Below are positions 15,061 through 23,145 of a DNA stretch of 30,491 bases, in pieces. A program made the translations under genes and the position numbers. Within the stretch, counting starts at the first letter, position 1; each line of letters opens with the position of its first letter. Source of the stretch: a virus (Duplodnaviria; Caudoviricetes). A model generated the notes under the pieces. The model did no database searches and was not told the DNA's origin. It was given only the letters and a program-made list of their open reading frames with translations. The DNA is taken from positions 1 to 30,491 of IMG/VR virus record IMGVR_UViG_3300042997_000218; one strand, given 5' to 3'.

Positions 15061-15071
15061 GTTGTGTTAGG

Positions 15072-15905
15072 TTATATGAGTAAACTAGGGTCTACGTTGT
15101 AAGGATATGCAAAAAGATCCCAAGCTGCAAAGGTCCAAGTCTCATTGCGCTCTACTTGGTTGGTCTTAATCATCAGCGAGGTTGAGTCGTTTGTTTTAAG
15201 CCAAGCCCAAGCAGTTCCATCTGGCGTTAGGTTTGGATTAGCTGGCGGTCTTGGCATTACGTTTCTTACTGACGCAGGAAACAGATTATTGTTTGCGAGA
15301 ACAACTCCAGAATACACCGCCGATATAATCGGTGGAGTTGATGGCAATCCGTTTAAAGCAGAGTAAGAGGATATGCGAGTCAGTGAAACTCGGTGAGTCT
15401 GAAAACTCGTTTGGCCTCTTGCAAGACGTTTTACCAATTGATGAGCCAGCGGAAACTGGCTTTCAAGCAGTGGCAACTTGTTGTTCTTTGGATCTTCTGC
15501 CGCTAACTTTATAGCGGAAAAGTACAATTCAGTGTCGAGATTCGTTTTTGCTTCAGCCCTAACTTGCGGCAGTTCAAACAAAGAAGCATCAACGTATTCA
15601 GTCCTGAACTCGTAACGCTGAGACGGTTCTTCATCTCCTGCCGGTTGCGGAGCGGTAGGATTATTGGTGTTAAAGTTGGTCCCAGAAAAAGTAACCGTTG
15701 CTTCAGAGTACGGACCCTTTTCGATAATTTGGTATTTGCCTCCAGCAATAACCCAGTTAACTGAAGCACTACGCAAAGCGTCTTTGCTTCCTCGATATGT
15801 ATAGATTATCTGCCTACCAGTACCATCGCCTCCGCTGTATTCTCGGGAAACTTCAATGTATGCAGTATCAACTGGAGTAATGACACTGGTTTTAATCGTA
15901 GCCAT
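15072..15905 (-). CDS. Putative distal tail / hub protein
   Basis: Position immediately after the tape measure gene. Confidence 0.5.
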   Translation of the reverse strand: MATIKTSVITPVDTAYIEVSREYSGGDGTGRQIIYTYRGSKDALRSASVNWVIAGGKYQIIEKGPYSEATVTFSGTNFNTNNPTAPQPAGDEEPSQRYEFRTEYVDASLFELPQVRAEAKTNLDTELYFSAIKLAAEDPKNNKLPLLESQFPLAHQLVKRLARGQTSFQTHRVSLTRISSYSALNGLPSTPPIISAVYSGVVLANNNLFPASVRNVMPRPPANPNLTPDGTAWAWLKTNDSTSLMIKTNQVERNETWTFAAWDLFAYPYNVDPSLLI

Positions 15906-15906
15906 A

Positions 15907-16977
15907 TCAATCTTCGGTGTTACTTGCGGTCTTACCAGTATTCTTCACAATCATCTTCAATTGAAGAGTTTGTTCAATGGCTTGTCTAATAGCTGTATCT
16001 TGGGAGGATTGAAATCCAGTGAATCCACCAATGCGAGCAAGAGGATCTTGAGATCCACCAAAAGAAAACTTGTCTCCTCTAACTCTTTCAAACTGCGGTG
16101 TTCCTATAGCTGGAGGGTTCTCTCCTGTCTTTTCTGGTTGCTGATTAGCAAACTTTGCCGCTAAAGGGCTTTGACTAAAAGCACGGGCTGATTCCATAAA
16201 GCCTCCTTTTTGATTTGCCAGTCCAGTTACAGCGGCATTATACTTGTTTAACCCGTCTGAATTCAAACCATCAACCAAACTCTGTAAAGCGTCAGCGGTA
16301 ACTTTAAGTCCCGCAGCAATTGCCGGAGAGCTAATGGCTTTCAATCTACGATATTGCTCATCAAGCAAGTTGTTGCTTTTTGATAAATCTTCAATGTTTT
16401 TAGAAGAAAACAGATCCCTATTTGATGTGATTTGATATTCAGCTAAAGCCGCTGCTGCTTTTCGTAACTTCAAACCATACAATTCAGTTATAGCTGTTGT
16501 GGTTTCTGCTGATTGACCGGATTCTTTATAAGCAGCAACAAGCTTTTGGCTTAGATCAAAATTTTCAATTTGAATATTGTTTAGATCAGACAAAGAAACA
16601 CCGAGAGCCGCCATTCTTTTAATTTGAGCCTCATCTCCGCTTGTTGCTTCAATTCTAGCTTTTGCTGTCTTCTCAAGAATGGATGCAAATTGTTCAAAAC
16701 TAACTCCAGTTTCACTAGCTAGTATTTGAAGTCGTTGAATGTTATCAGTGTTTACGTTCAGTTGCTCTGATAAATCACCTATGTCATCAGCCGCTTTTGC
16801 CACTGAACTAGCAAACGCTGTAACAGCAGCAACAGACAACGCTCCAGCGAGCTTGCTGGTGACAGCACTCTTAAAACTGTTACCAAACTTTTCACCAACG
16901 CTTTGAGCGCGTTTAACGCCCATCTCAAATTGAGTGGAATCAATGCCAAGCTTCACCAACATCGAGAGAATACCCAT
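15907..16977 (-). CDS. Short tape measure protein (356 aa)
   Basis: LVKLGIDSTQF N-terminus, ADDIGDLSEQLNVNTDNIQRL repeat-like segment, Ala/Leu/Lys helical composition; follows the tail tube and chaperone genes. Confidence 0.75.
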   Translation of the reverse strand: MGILSMLVKLGIDSTQFEMGVKRAQSVGEKFGNSFKSAVTSKLAGALSVAAVTAFASSVAKAADDIGDLSEQLNVNTDNIQRLQILASETGVSFEQFASILEKTAKARIEATSGDEAQIKRMAALGVSLSDLNNIQIENFDLSQKLVAAYKESGQSAETTTAITELYGLKLRKAAAALAEYQITSNRDLFSSKNIEDLSKSNNLLDEQYRRLKAISSPAIAAGLKVTADALQSLVDGLNSDGLNKYNAAVTGLANQKGGFMESARAFSQSPLAAKFANQQPEKTGENPPAIGTPQFERVRGDKFSFGGSQDPLARIGGFTGFQSSQDTAIRQAIEQTLQLKMIVKNTGKTASNTED

Positions 16978-16978
16978 A

Positions 16979-17530
16979 TCAGTTATCTTGTTGGTTTTGC
17001 CATATGGCTTCGCTTTGGTCGTCCCACAACTGAACCTGACCCATCATCTCTGCGTGAGCTAGAATCAGCCTTTCTGCGTCACCGAGAGGCATCCTGATAG
17101 CGTCGTCTGGTCCAATTCCAATATTGAGACAACCGACAAGCACTCGCTCAGTCCACGGCATTGCCGGACGCTTTGATTTGCTTCCAGCCTCCATCAGCAC
17201 TTCGGGAGCGGTTGATTGCTCTTTGAGCCACAACTGGAATTTGTCGGACTCAACCATCAGATTCATGCGCTGAATCCGCTTTGACCACAACCATAGGAAC
17301 AGATCCCTCCAGACTGATTTGATTGATCTAATTGACTCCAGAGGAGGCTGTGAGCAAACAAGCACAGCCTCCGCTAGATCATTAGAGTTAATCTCACCAC
17401 CTAACACATAAGGAGACCGCAGTCTTTGCAACAATATCGCGTGACCCACGGTGTATGGGACAAGTCGAACTCCCAACACCACTGGTGTTGGAGGTCCGCT
17501 CTCTGCGAGTATCTTTGCAAGTTCTGACAC
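16979..17530 (-). CDS. Putative tail assembly chaperone
   Basis: Lies between tail tube and tape measure; GTG start at 17530, 2 nt after the tube gene stop. Confidence 0.55.
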   Translation of the reverse strand: MSELAKILAESGPPTPVVLGVRLVPYTVGHAILLQRLRSPYVLGGEINSNDLAEAVLVCSQPPLESIRSIKSVWRDLFLWLWSKRIQRMNLMVESDKFQLWLKEQSTAPEVLMEAGSKSKRPAMPWTERVLVGCLNIGIGPDDAIRMPLGDAERLILAHAEMMGQVQLWDDQSEAIWQNQQDN

Positions 17531-17532
17531 GA

Positions 17533-18021
17533 TTACAGAGTGATCGCTGCGGTAGATCCGGTGATACCGGCGTATTTCACGCAAGGGAGACTGAGCATAG
17601 CCTTTCCAGACTGCGTAAACTTAAGGCTTCCACCTCCAATGTAGATCCAATCACCATTAATAGAGTCGCTTCCTGTAGGGGGAGTTCCCGCAGTGAATGC
17701 TGCTCCGATAGATATTGAATCTGCCAACGTGACGTTTACCCGTCCGTTGCCATTGGGAATTATTGCAGCAAGTTTAGCAGCAGTGGCATCAACTCCACTT
17801 GGAATAATGTTAAAAGTAGCAGACAAGCGATCCCCCGCACTTACATTGGCAACCACTTCGCCAGATGAATTTTTTACCTGTTCGGTGTCGCATTCATGCG
17901 TAATGTCCATGCTCTCAAGAGTCGCAATTCCAGCGACCAAAGGGAGAAGATTTGCGGAATCGTAGACTTTGATGGTAGCTTTAGTCCCGTAGACTAGACC
18001 TAGACCTTTTGATGTTGCCAT
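17533..18021 (-). CDS. Putative major tail tube protein
   Basis: 162 aa, rich in Thr, Gly, Ala and Ser, beta-type; position after the terminator-like gene. Confidence 0.6.
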   Translation of the reverse strand: MATSKGLGLVYGTKATIKVYDSANLLPLVAGIATLESMDITHECDTEQVKNSSGEVVANVSAGDRLSATFNIIPSGVDATAAKLAAIIPNGNGRVNVTLADSISIGAAFTAGTPPTGSDSINGDWIYIGGGSLKFTQSGKAMLSLPCVKYAGITGSTAAITL

Positions 18022-18030
18022 GTTTGGGTT

Positions 18031-18516
18031 TTATTGTTCGTTTGCTGCTGCGAAAATTGTCATGGATCGCGAAAAAGTTCTAGCTCTTTCGCTGATGTCG
18101 TTGATCCCAAAGTCAACTGGAACCGCGAATTGCGCGTTAAAGCCTCCAGAAGGATCGGTGTCGAGCGCGTCTAACTCAGCAATGTTCCCGTCAACGTAGA
18201 GGTATTGCAGGAGATTCTCAAAGATTTGAACAACCGCTAGAGCTTGAGCCTCCGAGGTATCGTCTGCGGACAACTGGAGCGTAGCGGTAATGTCTATCTC
18301 GCAAGTGCGGTCTAGGGGATGAACCGGAACCGCAGTCGATGCGCGGACCACGATGCGCGGAAAGCTCGGCATCTGATCCTCTAAATCTGGATCTGCAAAC
18401 GCACCGTGACCGTAGCTAGTGAGACAAGTTGGAGCCCCTAGAGGAGACGCTGACCAATCTTCAGCGGACAGCCAGTCAACAAGAGCGCGTTCTGTTCGTA
18501 GGGCTACAGCGTTCAT
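18031..18516 (-). CDS. Putative tail terminator / completion protein
   Basis: Acidic 161 aa with PSFPRIVV; position before the tube gene. Confidence 0.5.
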   Translation of the reverse strand: MNAVALRTERALVDWLSAEDWSASPLGAPTCLTSYGHGAFADPDLEDQMPSFPRIVVRASTAVPVHPLDRTCEIDITATLQLSADDTSEAQALAVVQIFENLLQYLYVDGNIAELDALDTDPSGGFNAQFAVPVDFGINDISERARTFSRSMTIFAAANEQ

Positions 18517-19295
18517 GTGACGGTTATTCCTTTGGATTCAGACCCGTCAAAAGCGGCTTGCAGTGCTGCGGCAATGTGGTTTTCAAGCTCACGGGCTTCG
18601 TCGTTGTAGGCTTGTTGCATTGCTTTGGCGTAGATTCCTTCAACGGTTCCAACCTGATTGTCGGCCAGTCCAATGTTCATGCGGACATAACTCGATGGGT
18701 TGAATCCAGACTTGGCGTTGTACGCATAGGCGGAGGAGCCTTTGTGCATCGCAACATTCTCCTGCGGCAAACCGTATTGATTGGCGAGATTGATCAACGC
18801 TTGGTTTCCAGCCACTGACTTAACGCCAGCGGAACCTTTCTTTGCGCGTCGTGTTCCACCAAATTGTTGAAAGGATGGCGACAGCTTCTTGATGGCTTTG
18901 GTTACAGCGGACTTGAGGTATCCAACAGAACCAGCAGCGCGACGGCGTAAAGCTCCCGCAGCCTTTCGCATATCTGCACCGTAGAGACCGGGTTTTCCAG
19001 CCTTCGCGTTCTTTGCTTGAGCAATTAAGTGGACCACTCGCAACTGTCGGGATTTACCAACTCTCTTGCCGGTTTTTTTATCAAAGCGATCCGCTCCAAC
19101 AGGTCTGTTGAAGTAGTCCAGAATCTTGTTACGAGCCGCTTGTGGAGACTTTGGAGGCAACAAGCAGTAGAGCCGCAGCATCAAGAAAAACGTGCGAGCG
19201 TTGACAGCATCGGCAAGAGACCGCTTAGTCTTGGGGAGGTATTCCTTCCACGCAGCATCAAACCTCGACGTATCAACTGTAACTGTTGGAGTCAT
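18513..19295 (-). CDS. Basic neck / tail-completion protein (HK97 gp10-like position)
   Basis: Highly basic and helical, GYLKSA; position between the head-closure and terminator genes. Confidence 0.5.
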   Translation of the reverse strand: MTPTVTVDTSRFDAAWKEYLPKTKRSLADAVNARTFFLMLRLYCLLPPKSPQAARNKILDYFNRPVGADRFDKKTGKRVGKSRQLRVVHLIAQAKNAKAGKPGLYGADMRKAAGALRRRAAGSVGYLKSAVTKAIKKLSPSFQQFGGTRRAKKGSAGVKSVAGNQALINLANQYGLPQENVAMHKGSSAYAYNAKSGFNPSSYVRMNIGLADNQVGTVEGIYAKAMQQAYNDEARELENHIAAALQAAFDGSESKGITVT

Positions 19296-19747
19296 TTGGT
19301 TTTAGAGCCAAGTTCAAGAGCATAGTAAGCTCCAGATCCGTCTCGCTTGGCAGACATAATCCGCATCTGGCGACCGTCGTAAGTGAGGAGCCTTCCAACC
19401 ACCGGAATCATCTTCCCAAAAGTCAGAAGCAATCGGTCAGTGTTCTCTTGCAATAGCAAGCTCCCACTCTCTTGCAGGAGCCGGTCAGCGGTGGAGCCAA
19501 CGTCACAAGACCAGACCGCAGCGTCAACCGTGACAAGCGTGGAGTCAGCCAGCCGCCAATCGGAGAACTTGACCAGCACTCGCGCTTGTACGTTGTCTTG
19601 GAATCCACCGGATATAACCGAGTTAGCGTCAGTAATCGCAGCGGGTAGACAGCGCACTAGCACTCCCTGCCACAAAAACGACGGGTTTCCCATCGCGCTC
19701 TGCAGCACAGACATCCCCAACTGGAGACTGGTTGCGATTAGATTCAC
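19292..19747 (-). CDS. Putative head-closure protein with LLQE-motif insertion
   Basis: P.VGRLLTYDGRQMRI C-terminal beta pattern typical of closure proteins; internal RLLQESGSLLLQENTDRLLL. Confidence 0.5.
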   Translation of the reverse strand: MNLIATSLQLGMSVLQSAMGNPSFLWQGVLVRCLPAAITDANSVISGGFQDNVQARVLVKFSDWRLADSTLVTVDAAVWSCDVGSTADRLLQESGSLLLQENTDRLLLTFGKMIPVVGRLLTYDGRQMRIMSAKRDGSGAYYALELGSKTK

Positions 19748-20244
19748 GAAGTGAAGTAAGTACCACTAACAATGAGTCGGGAGGTTGCTTGAACATGACC
19801 AGCAAGACTAGACGCATCTCCATTTTCAAAGTGCGAAAGCTCGCAATAGCTAGTGCCATTGATAGCTCTAGCGATAACAGCGGTCTTGGCTTGATTGGTC
19901 CCGTTATCAAGCCAGACAGAAAACGCTGCTTCGTACAAAACCGGATCAGGAAGAGTCAATCGAAGGTTGCCGGTAGCACTACCAGTAACGGAATTGATCG
20001 TCAGATCAACAGTAAACGTGCTGACAAAACCAATAGAAGTATGGCGAGCCGTGTTAGTAGTAAACGCAAACGTGCGACCACCACCGGAATCTGTGAGAGC
20101 GGGAGTCCACGCTGTTGGAGAAACCAATGGGAGCGCACCATACAACTCCGTAAAGTTGTCGTTCGCTTTGATCCAACTCCCGCGCAACGTATCACCGTTG
20201 TTGTCGTTTGCGGTTGATCCGACATTGATAACTTGTTGTGACAT
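19744..20244 (-). CDS. Short fibre / structural protein with T4 gp9/gp10-like N-terminal motif
   Basis: INVGSTANDNNGDTLRGSWIKANDNFTELY; the C-terminal WTP...LP domain resembles that of 21411-22397. Confidence 0.65.
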   Translation of the reverse strand: MSQQVINVGSTANDNNGDTLRGSWIKANDNFTELYGALPLVSPTAWTPALTDSGGGRTFAFTTNTARHTSIGFVSTFTVDLTINSVTGSATGNLRLTLPDPVLYEAAFSVWLDNGTNQAKTAVIARAINGTSYCELSHFENGDASSLAGHVQATSRLIVSGTYFTS

Positions 20245-20245
20245 A

Positions 20246-20482
20246 TCAGTCTTTGGGCAATGCGTACCAACCTTCTGGAAGCGTTATCCGGTTGCTAGAG
20301 CGAACAGATACACCGTCCGCTCCTTTGACCCATACTTTGGCTTTGACGCTCTCAGCAAGCCTCACCGGCTCACCGTGAGGCACCATAACCACGCGAGAAC
20401 CACAACCGCAACTAGCGATCAGACTCAGCAATACGATCCAGCAACTTCTTTTTGAGGTCTGGATCTCGTTTTGCGTCTTCAA
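20246..20482 (-). CDS. Lipoprotein, o-spanin-like (start uncertain)
   Basis: KRSCWIVLLSLIASC.GC lipobox-like signal; overlaps the upstream small ORF in another frame. Confidence 0.5.
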   Translation of the reverse strand: MKTQNEIQTSKRSCWIVLLSLIASCGCGSRVVMVPHGEPVRLAESVKAKVWVKGADGVSVRSSNRITLPEGWYALPKD

Positions 20483-20555
20483 CGGTGGGCGGTGTTTGAA
20501 CAAAACCAGTCAACCACTTCAGCAAAGCGGTTACGATCTGTTCGATGAAATTCAC
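20412..20555 (-). CDS. 47-aa protein, i-spanin-like (not in the ORF track)
   Basis: Hand translation MNFIEQIVTALLKWLTGFVQTPPTVEDAKRDPDLKKKLLDRIAESDR; GTGA coupling to the holin-like gene. Confidence 0.5.
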   Translation of the reverse strand: MNFIEQIVTALLKWLTGFVQTPPTVEDAKRDPDLKKKLLDRIAESDR

Positions 20556-20731
20556 TCGGTCTTTTTGTCAGCGTCTTTGGCAGCGATCAAACCGAAGCCA
20601 ATGGTCACAGCAGCAATGGTCGCAGCAAGATCAATGTTGGTCGTAGGGTCACCATCAAACAATGCTTTGAGCGCACCACCGACAGCGACGAGGATTGCGC
20701 CAACACCGGCAAGAGTAGTTTTCCAGTTCAT
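20552..20731 (-). CDS. 59-aa two-TM holin-like protein (not in the ORF track)
   Basis: MNWKTTLAGVGAILVAVGGALKALFDGDPTTNIDLAATIAAVTIGFGLIAAKDADKKTE; two hydrophobic segments and a charged tail. Confidence 0.7.
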   Translation of the reverse strand: MNWKTTLAGVGAILVAVGGALKALFDGDPTTNIDLAATIAAVTIGFGLIAAKDADKKTE

Positions 20732-20898
20732 TTTTTGAAGGTTTTATACAGACCGATTGATGCTGCAATAAAGGCTAAAACAGCGGCTCCAAGCTGGAAC
20801 CACTGAGTTAGCTGCGGGATGAATGAAACCGCACCAGCAGCGGCAGCGGTCGCTAGAGAGATTCCAACTCCGCTGCTGTTGTTAGTGTCGGTTTGCAT
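20728..20898 (-). CDS. 56-aa membrane protein, holin/antiholin-like (not in the ORF track)
   Basis: MQTDTNNSSGVGISLATAAAAGAVSFIPQLTQWFQLGAAVLAFIAASIGLYKTFKK. Confidence 0.65.
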   Translation of the reverse strand: MQTDTNNSSGVGISLATAAAAGAVSFIPQLTQWFQLGAAVLAFIAASIGLYKTFKK

Positions 20899-21158
20899 TA
20901 CTCGTTAGGCTGGACGGCTTCAACCACCGGATTCGCCGCTTTGTAGGCCTCCACAACCGCAGGAGTCCACAGCGCATTGGCGATATTGACAACCTCGGTC
21001 GGCTGACCAGTAAGGTCGTCACCGGGATTCAGCGTGTACTGCGAGGTAATCTCAGACCCGACAACCGCGCCGTCGCTGTCGTAATCAACGCCGGTCGTGA
21101 CGAACAGCGAGTTGTTCTGGTTGCACTGCACTGCGACAATATCAACTGGTACGATCAT
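20898..21158 (-). CDS. Fibre-associated small protein, paralog of 21155-21406
   Basis: LNPGDDLTGQPTEVVNIANALWTPAVVEAY. Confidence 0.7.
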   Translation of the reverse strand: MIVPVDIVAVQCNQNNSLFVTTGVDYDSDGAVVGSEITSQYTLNPGDDLTGQPTEVVNIANALWTPAVVEAYKAANPVVEAVQPNE

Positions 21159-21406
21159 TGGATGGTGGGGCTAGGGGTTTTAGCGGCGGCGTAGGCTGCG
21201 ACAGCGGCAGGAGTCCAGACAGCGTTGGCAATCGCGACAACCTGCTCGGGCTGACCAGCGAGGTCAGAGCCGGGAGGCAAGCAATAGCGGCGGAAGGTGG
21301 AAGCCTTAACGGCTTCGCCATCGACGATCTGGTCCGCTAGTCGAACCTGAAGCGTCGTGTTGGGAAGAACCTCGCAAAGCGAGAAAATAGAGCGTTCTGT
21401 TAGCAT
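21155..21406 (-). CDS. Fibre-associated small protein (chaperone-like), paralog of 20898-21158
   Basis: LPPGSDLAGQPEQVVAIANAVWTPAAVAAY; likely start ATG 21406. Confidence 0.7.
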   Translation of the reverse strand: MLTERSIFSLCEVLPNTTLQVRLADQIVDGEAVKASTFRRYCLPPGSDLAGQPEQVVAIANAVWTPAAVAAYAAAKTPSPTIQ

Positions 21407-21410
21407 AGGT

Positions 21411-22397
21411 TTAGACGGCGTAGGTTCCAGCAAAGATAAGAATACTGCTGTTACTAAAATTTGTATCGGTAGATGCTGCTGTGGTAGTACCGCTTGCGTA
21501 TCTAACAATCAAAGATAAAGTGTCAATAGTTAGAATTGCTTGCTTATCCGAAGGAGCAATTGAAGATTGATACCCAACAGAAGCCGCTCCAGTATTTGCA
21601 GCAAAAGGAAGCCCAGCAATTGTAGCATCACCAACTGATGTTCCTTTGCTGGAAAGATCAATTCGTCCGCTAAAATGAACAATTCGACCCACTTTGGTAT
21701 AGATTCCCGTTCGATTTGTATATGTAACTCCAACGCTAAGTCCCGAGAATTGTAGCGTCGGCGTAAACGTCCCCTCCTCGTAATCTGCCAGTAGCTCGGA
21801 GGTTCCGGTTCCAGCAGTCGCGGAGAAGTCGATGCCTTTGCCGGACGTAGCCATCACTACGTTGCCCGCTCCTACGGTTACGTCGCCAGTCGTACCAACC
21901 GTTATTCCAGAAGCATTATTTCCGAACAACCGAAGGCTATTCGCTAATATTGTTAAATTGGTGTAAGCACTTTCACCAGTATTTGTAGCATCAAGAATAC
22001 CTCCGTTAGTCGCATCGACGTATGGACGCAATCGAACGTATGCAGATGCCGCTCGAAATTGTGCAGCTTGAGCCGCGTCAGCAACAAGTACCGTCAACTT
22101 TTGAGCGGGTGCAACGCCAATCCCAACGCTTCCAGTCATCGTAGAGTTACCCGTCACGCCCAGCGTCGTCCCCACCGTAGCCGCGCCGGTGATGGCGGCG
22201 GAGCCAGCGGTGACGAGTCCAGTTACCGTCAATGCTCCACTCGCGGTTGGCGAGGATGAGAGCAGATTGTTGATGCTGATGCGTTTGGTATTCCCCGAGG
22301 CTGGTGGAGTATCTGACACGTCCACAATCGGGATCATGTCATTTATTGCATCGGCTGCCGTTAGGTTTGTTAGTGCTGAGATTTTAGCGTCTGCCAT
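21411..22397 (-). CDS. Fibre protein (head or tail fibre)
   Basis: N-terminal KISALT motif, Gly/Thr/Ala-rich shaft, GKGIDFSAT...LADYEEGTFTP...YTKVGRIV...GLPF tip domain. Confidence 0.75.
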   Translation of the reverse strand: MADAKISALTNLTAADAINDMIPIVDVSDTPPASGNTKRISINNLLSSSPTASGALTVTGLVTAGSAAITGAATVGTTLGVTGNSTMTGSVGIGVAPAQKLTVLVADAAQAAQFRAASAYVRLRPYVDATNGGILDATNTGESAYTNLTILANSLRLFGNNASGITVGTTGDVTVGAGNVVMATSGKGIDFSATAGTGTSELLADYEEGTFTPTLQFSGLSVGVTYTNRTGIYTKVGRIVHFSGRIDLSSKGTSVGDATIAGLPFAANTGAASVGYQSSIAPSDKQAILTIDTLSLIVRYASGTTTAASTDTNFSNSSILIFAGTYAV

Positions 22398-22398
22398 A

Positions 22399-22632
22399 TC
22401 AGTAAACTGTTAAGATTAGTTTGCCCAAGTCTTCTTGTGTTAAAAATGTGGAGCCATCTTCCAGCACTATGCTGTCGAATGTGCCATACGAAATAACGAG
22501 CTTGCTGGTTCCATCTTCTTGCAGCAGGAATGTCTCGTCCTCTTGTAGAACATCCCTCCGCATAATCGGAGGCTCAGGCATGATCCCATTATAGGATCTC
22601 GTCCTGTTGATTGATGTTCCGATTGAGATCAT
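22399..22632 (-). CDS. Small structural protein with repeated L.(Q/L)ED motifs
   Basis: VLQEDETFLLQEDG...IVLEDGSTFLTQEDLGKL. Confidence 0.65.
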   Translation of the reverse strand: MISIGTSINRTRSYNGIMPEPPIMRRDVLQEDETFLLQEDGTSKLVISYGTFDSIVLEDGSTFLTQEDLGKLILTVY

Positions 22633-22892
22633 TAGGCTCTGGCGTTAAAAGCTACAACAGAACCGGATGAAATCTGAAATCCAGTGATGTTACCTACTAG
22701 CGGTAGGCCAGCAGGGATCGTCTTGGATGTCCAAGTGCCAGAGATCTGGTAGCCAGTGATGCTAGTAAACACCGTCGGCTCGGTTGGAATCAAGCCAGAC
22801 CAGTTGCCGGTCTGAGCGGCGGTGCTAGTGACCAGCGCAAAGCCCTCGCGGCCCATTGAATACTCGGTCGAAATGTCTGCTTGAACGGCCAT
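22632..22892 (-). CDS. Small beta-rich virion protein
   Basis: TIPAG..LVGNITGFQISSGSVVAF; follows the capsid operon. Confidence 0.65.
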   Translation of the reverse strand: MAVQADISTEYSMGREGFALVTSTAAQTGNWSGLIPTEPTVFTSITGYQISGTWTSKTIPAGLPLVGNITGFQISSGSVVAFNARA

Positions 22893-22912
22893 AAAATTGT
22901 GTTTCGGTTAAA

Positions 22913-22945
22913 GGGGAGGCTGTCAGCGTATCCAACAGCCTCCCC
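22913..22945 (-). terminator. Rho-independent terminator-like hairpin after the capsid genes
   Basis: GGGGAGGCTGT/ACAGCCTCCCC 11-bp perfect stem, extendable by G-U pairs, followed by a short TTTAA tract. Confidence 0.7.
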
Positions 22946-22957
22946 AGTTTTGGTTTG

Positions 22958-23134
22958 TTAACCCTTACGAATCTTCGGTGCTAAGGCTCCTTGTACCCAC
23001 AAGATGAGCTTGCCTCCTTCAGGAACGGTCGCGGTGTTGAAGCCTTCGCGCTGGAGTGTCGCGTCGACTTCGGGACCAGAAACGAGCTTGGTTTTGCCGT
23101 TCTTGTCCACCGAGATGGTAGTTGCGATTCTCAT
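22958..23134 (-). CDS. 58-aa hypothetical capsid-associated protein (not in the ORF track)
   Basis: MRIATTISVDKNGKTKLVSGPEVDATLQREGFNTATVPEGGKLILWVQGALAPKIRKG, between the capsid stop and the terminator. Confidence 0.7.
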   Translation of the reverse strand: MRIATTISVDKNGKTKLVSGPEVDATLQREGFNTATVPEGGKLILWVQGALAPKIRKG

Positions 23135-23145
23135 GACTTGGCCGA

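Noticed and set aside
19744-22397. Diversity-generating retroelement acting on fibre tips
   Set aside because: No reverse transcriptase and no near-identical TR/VR pair differing at adenines; the similarity is only at protein level
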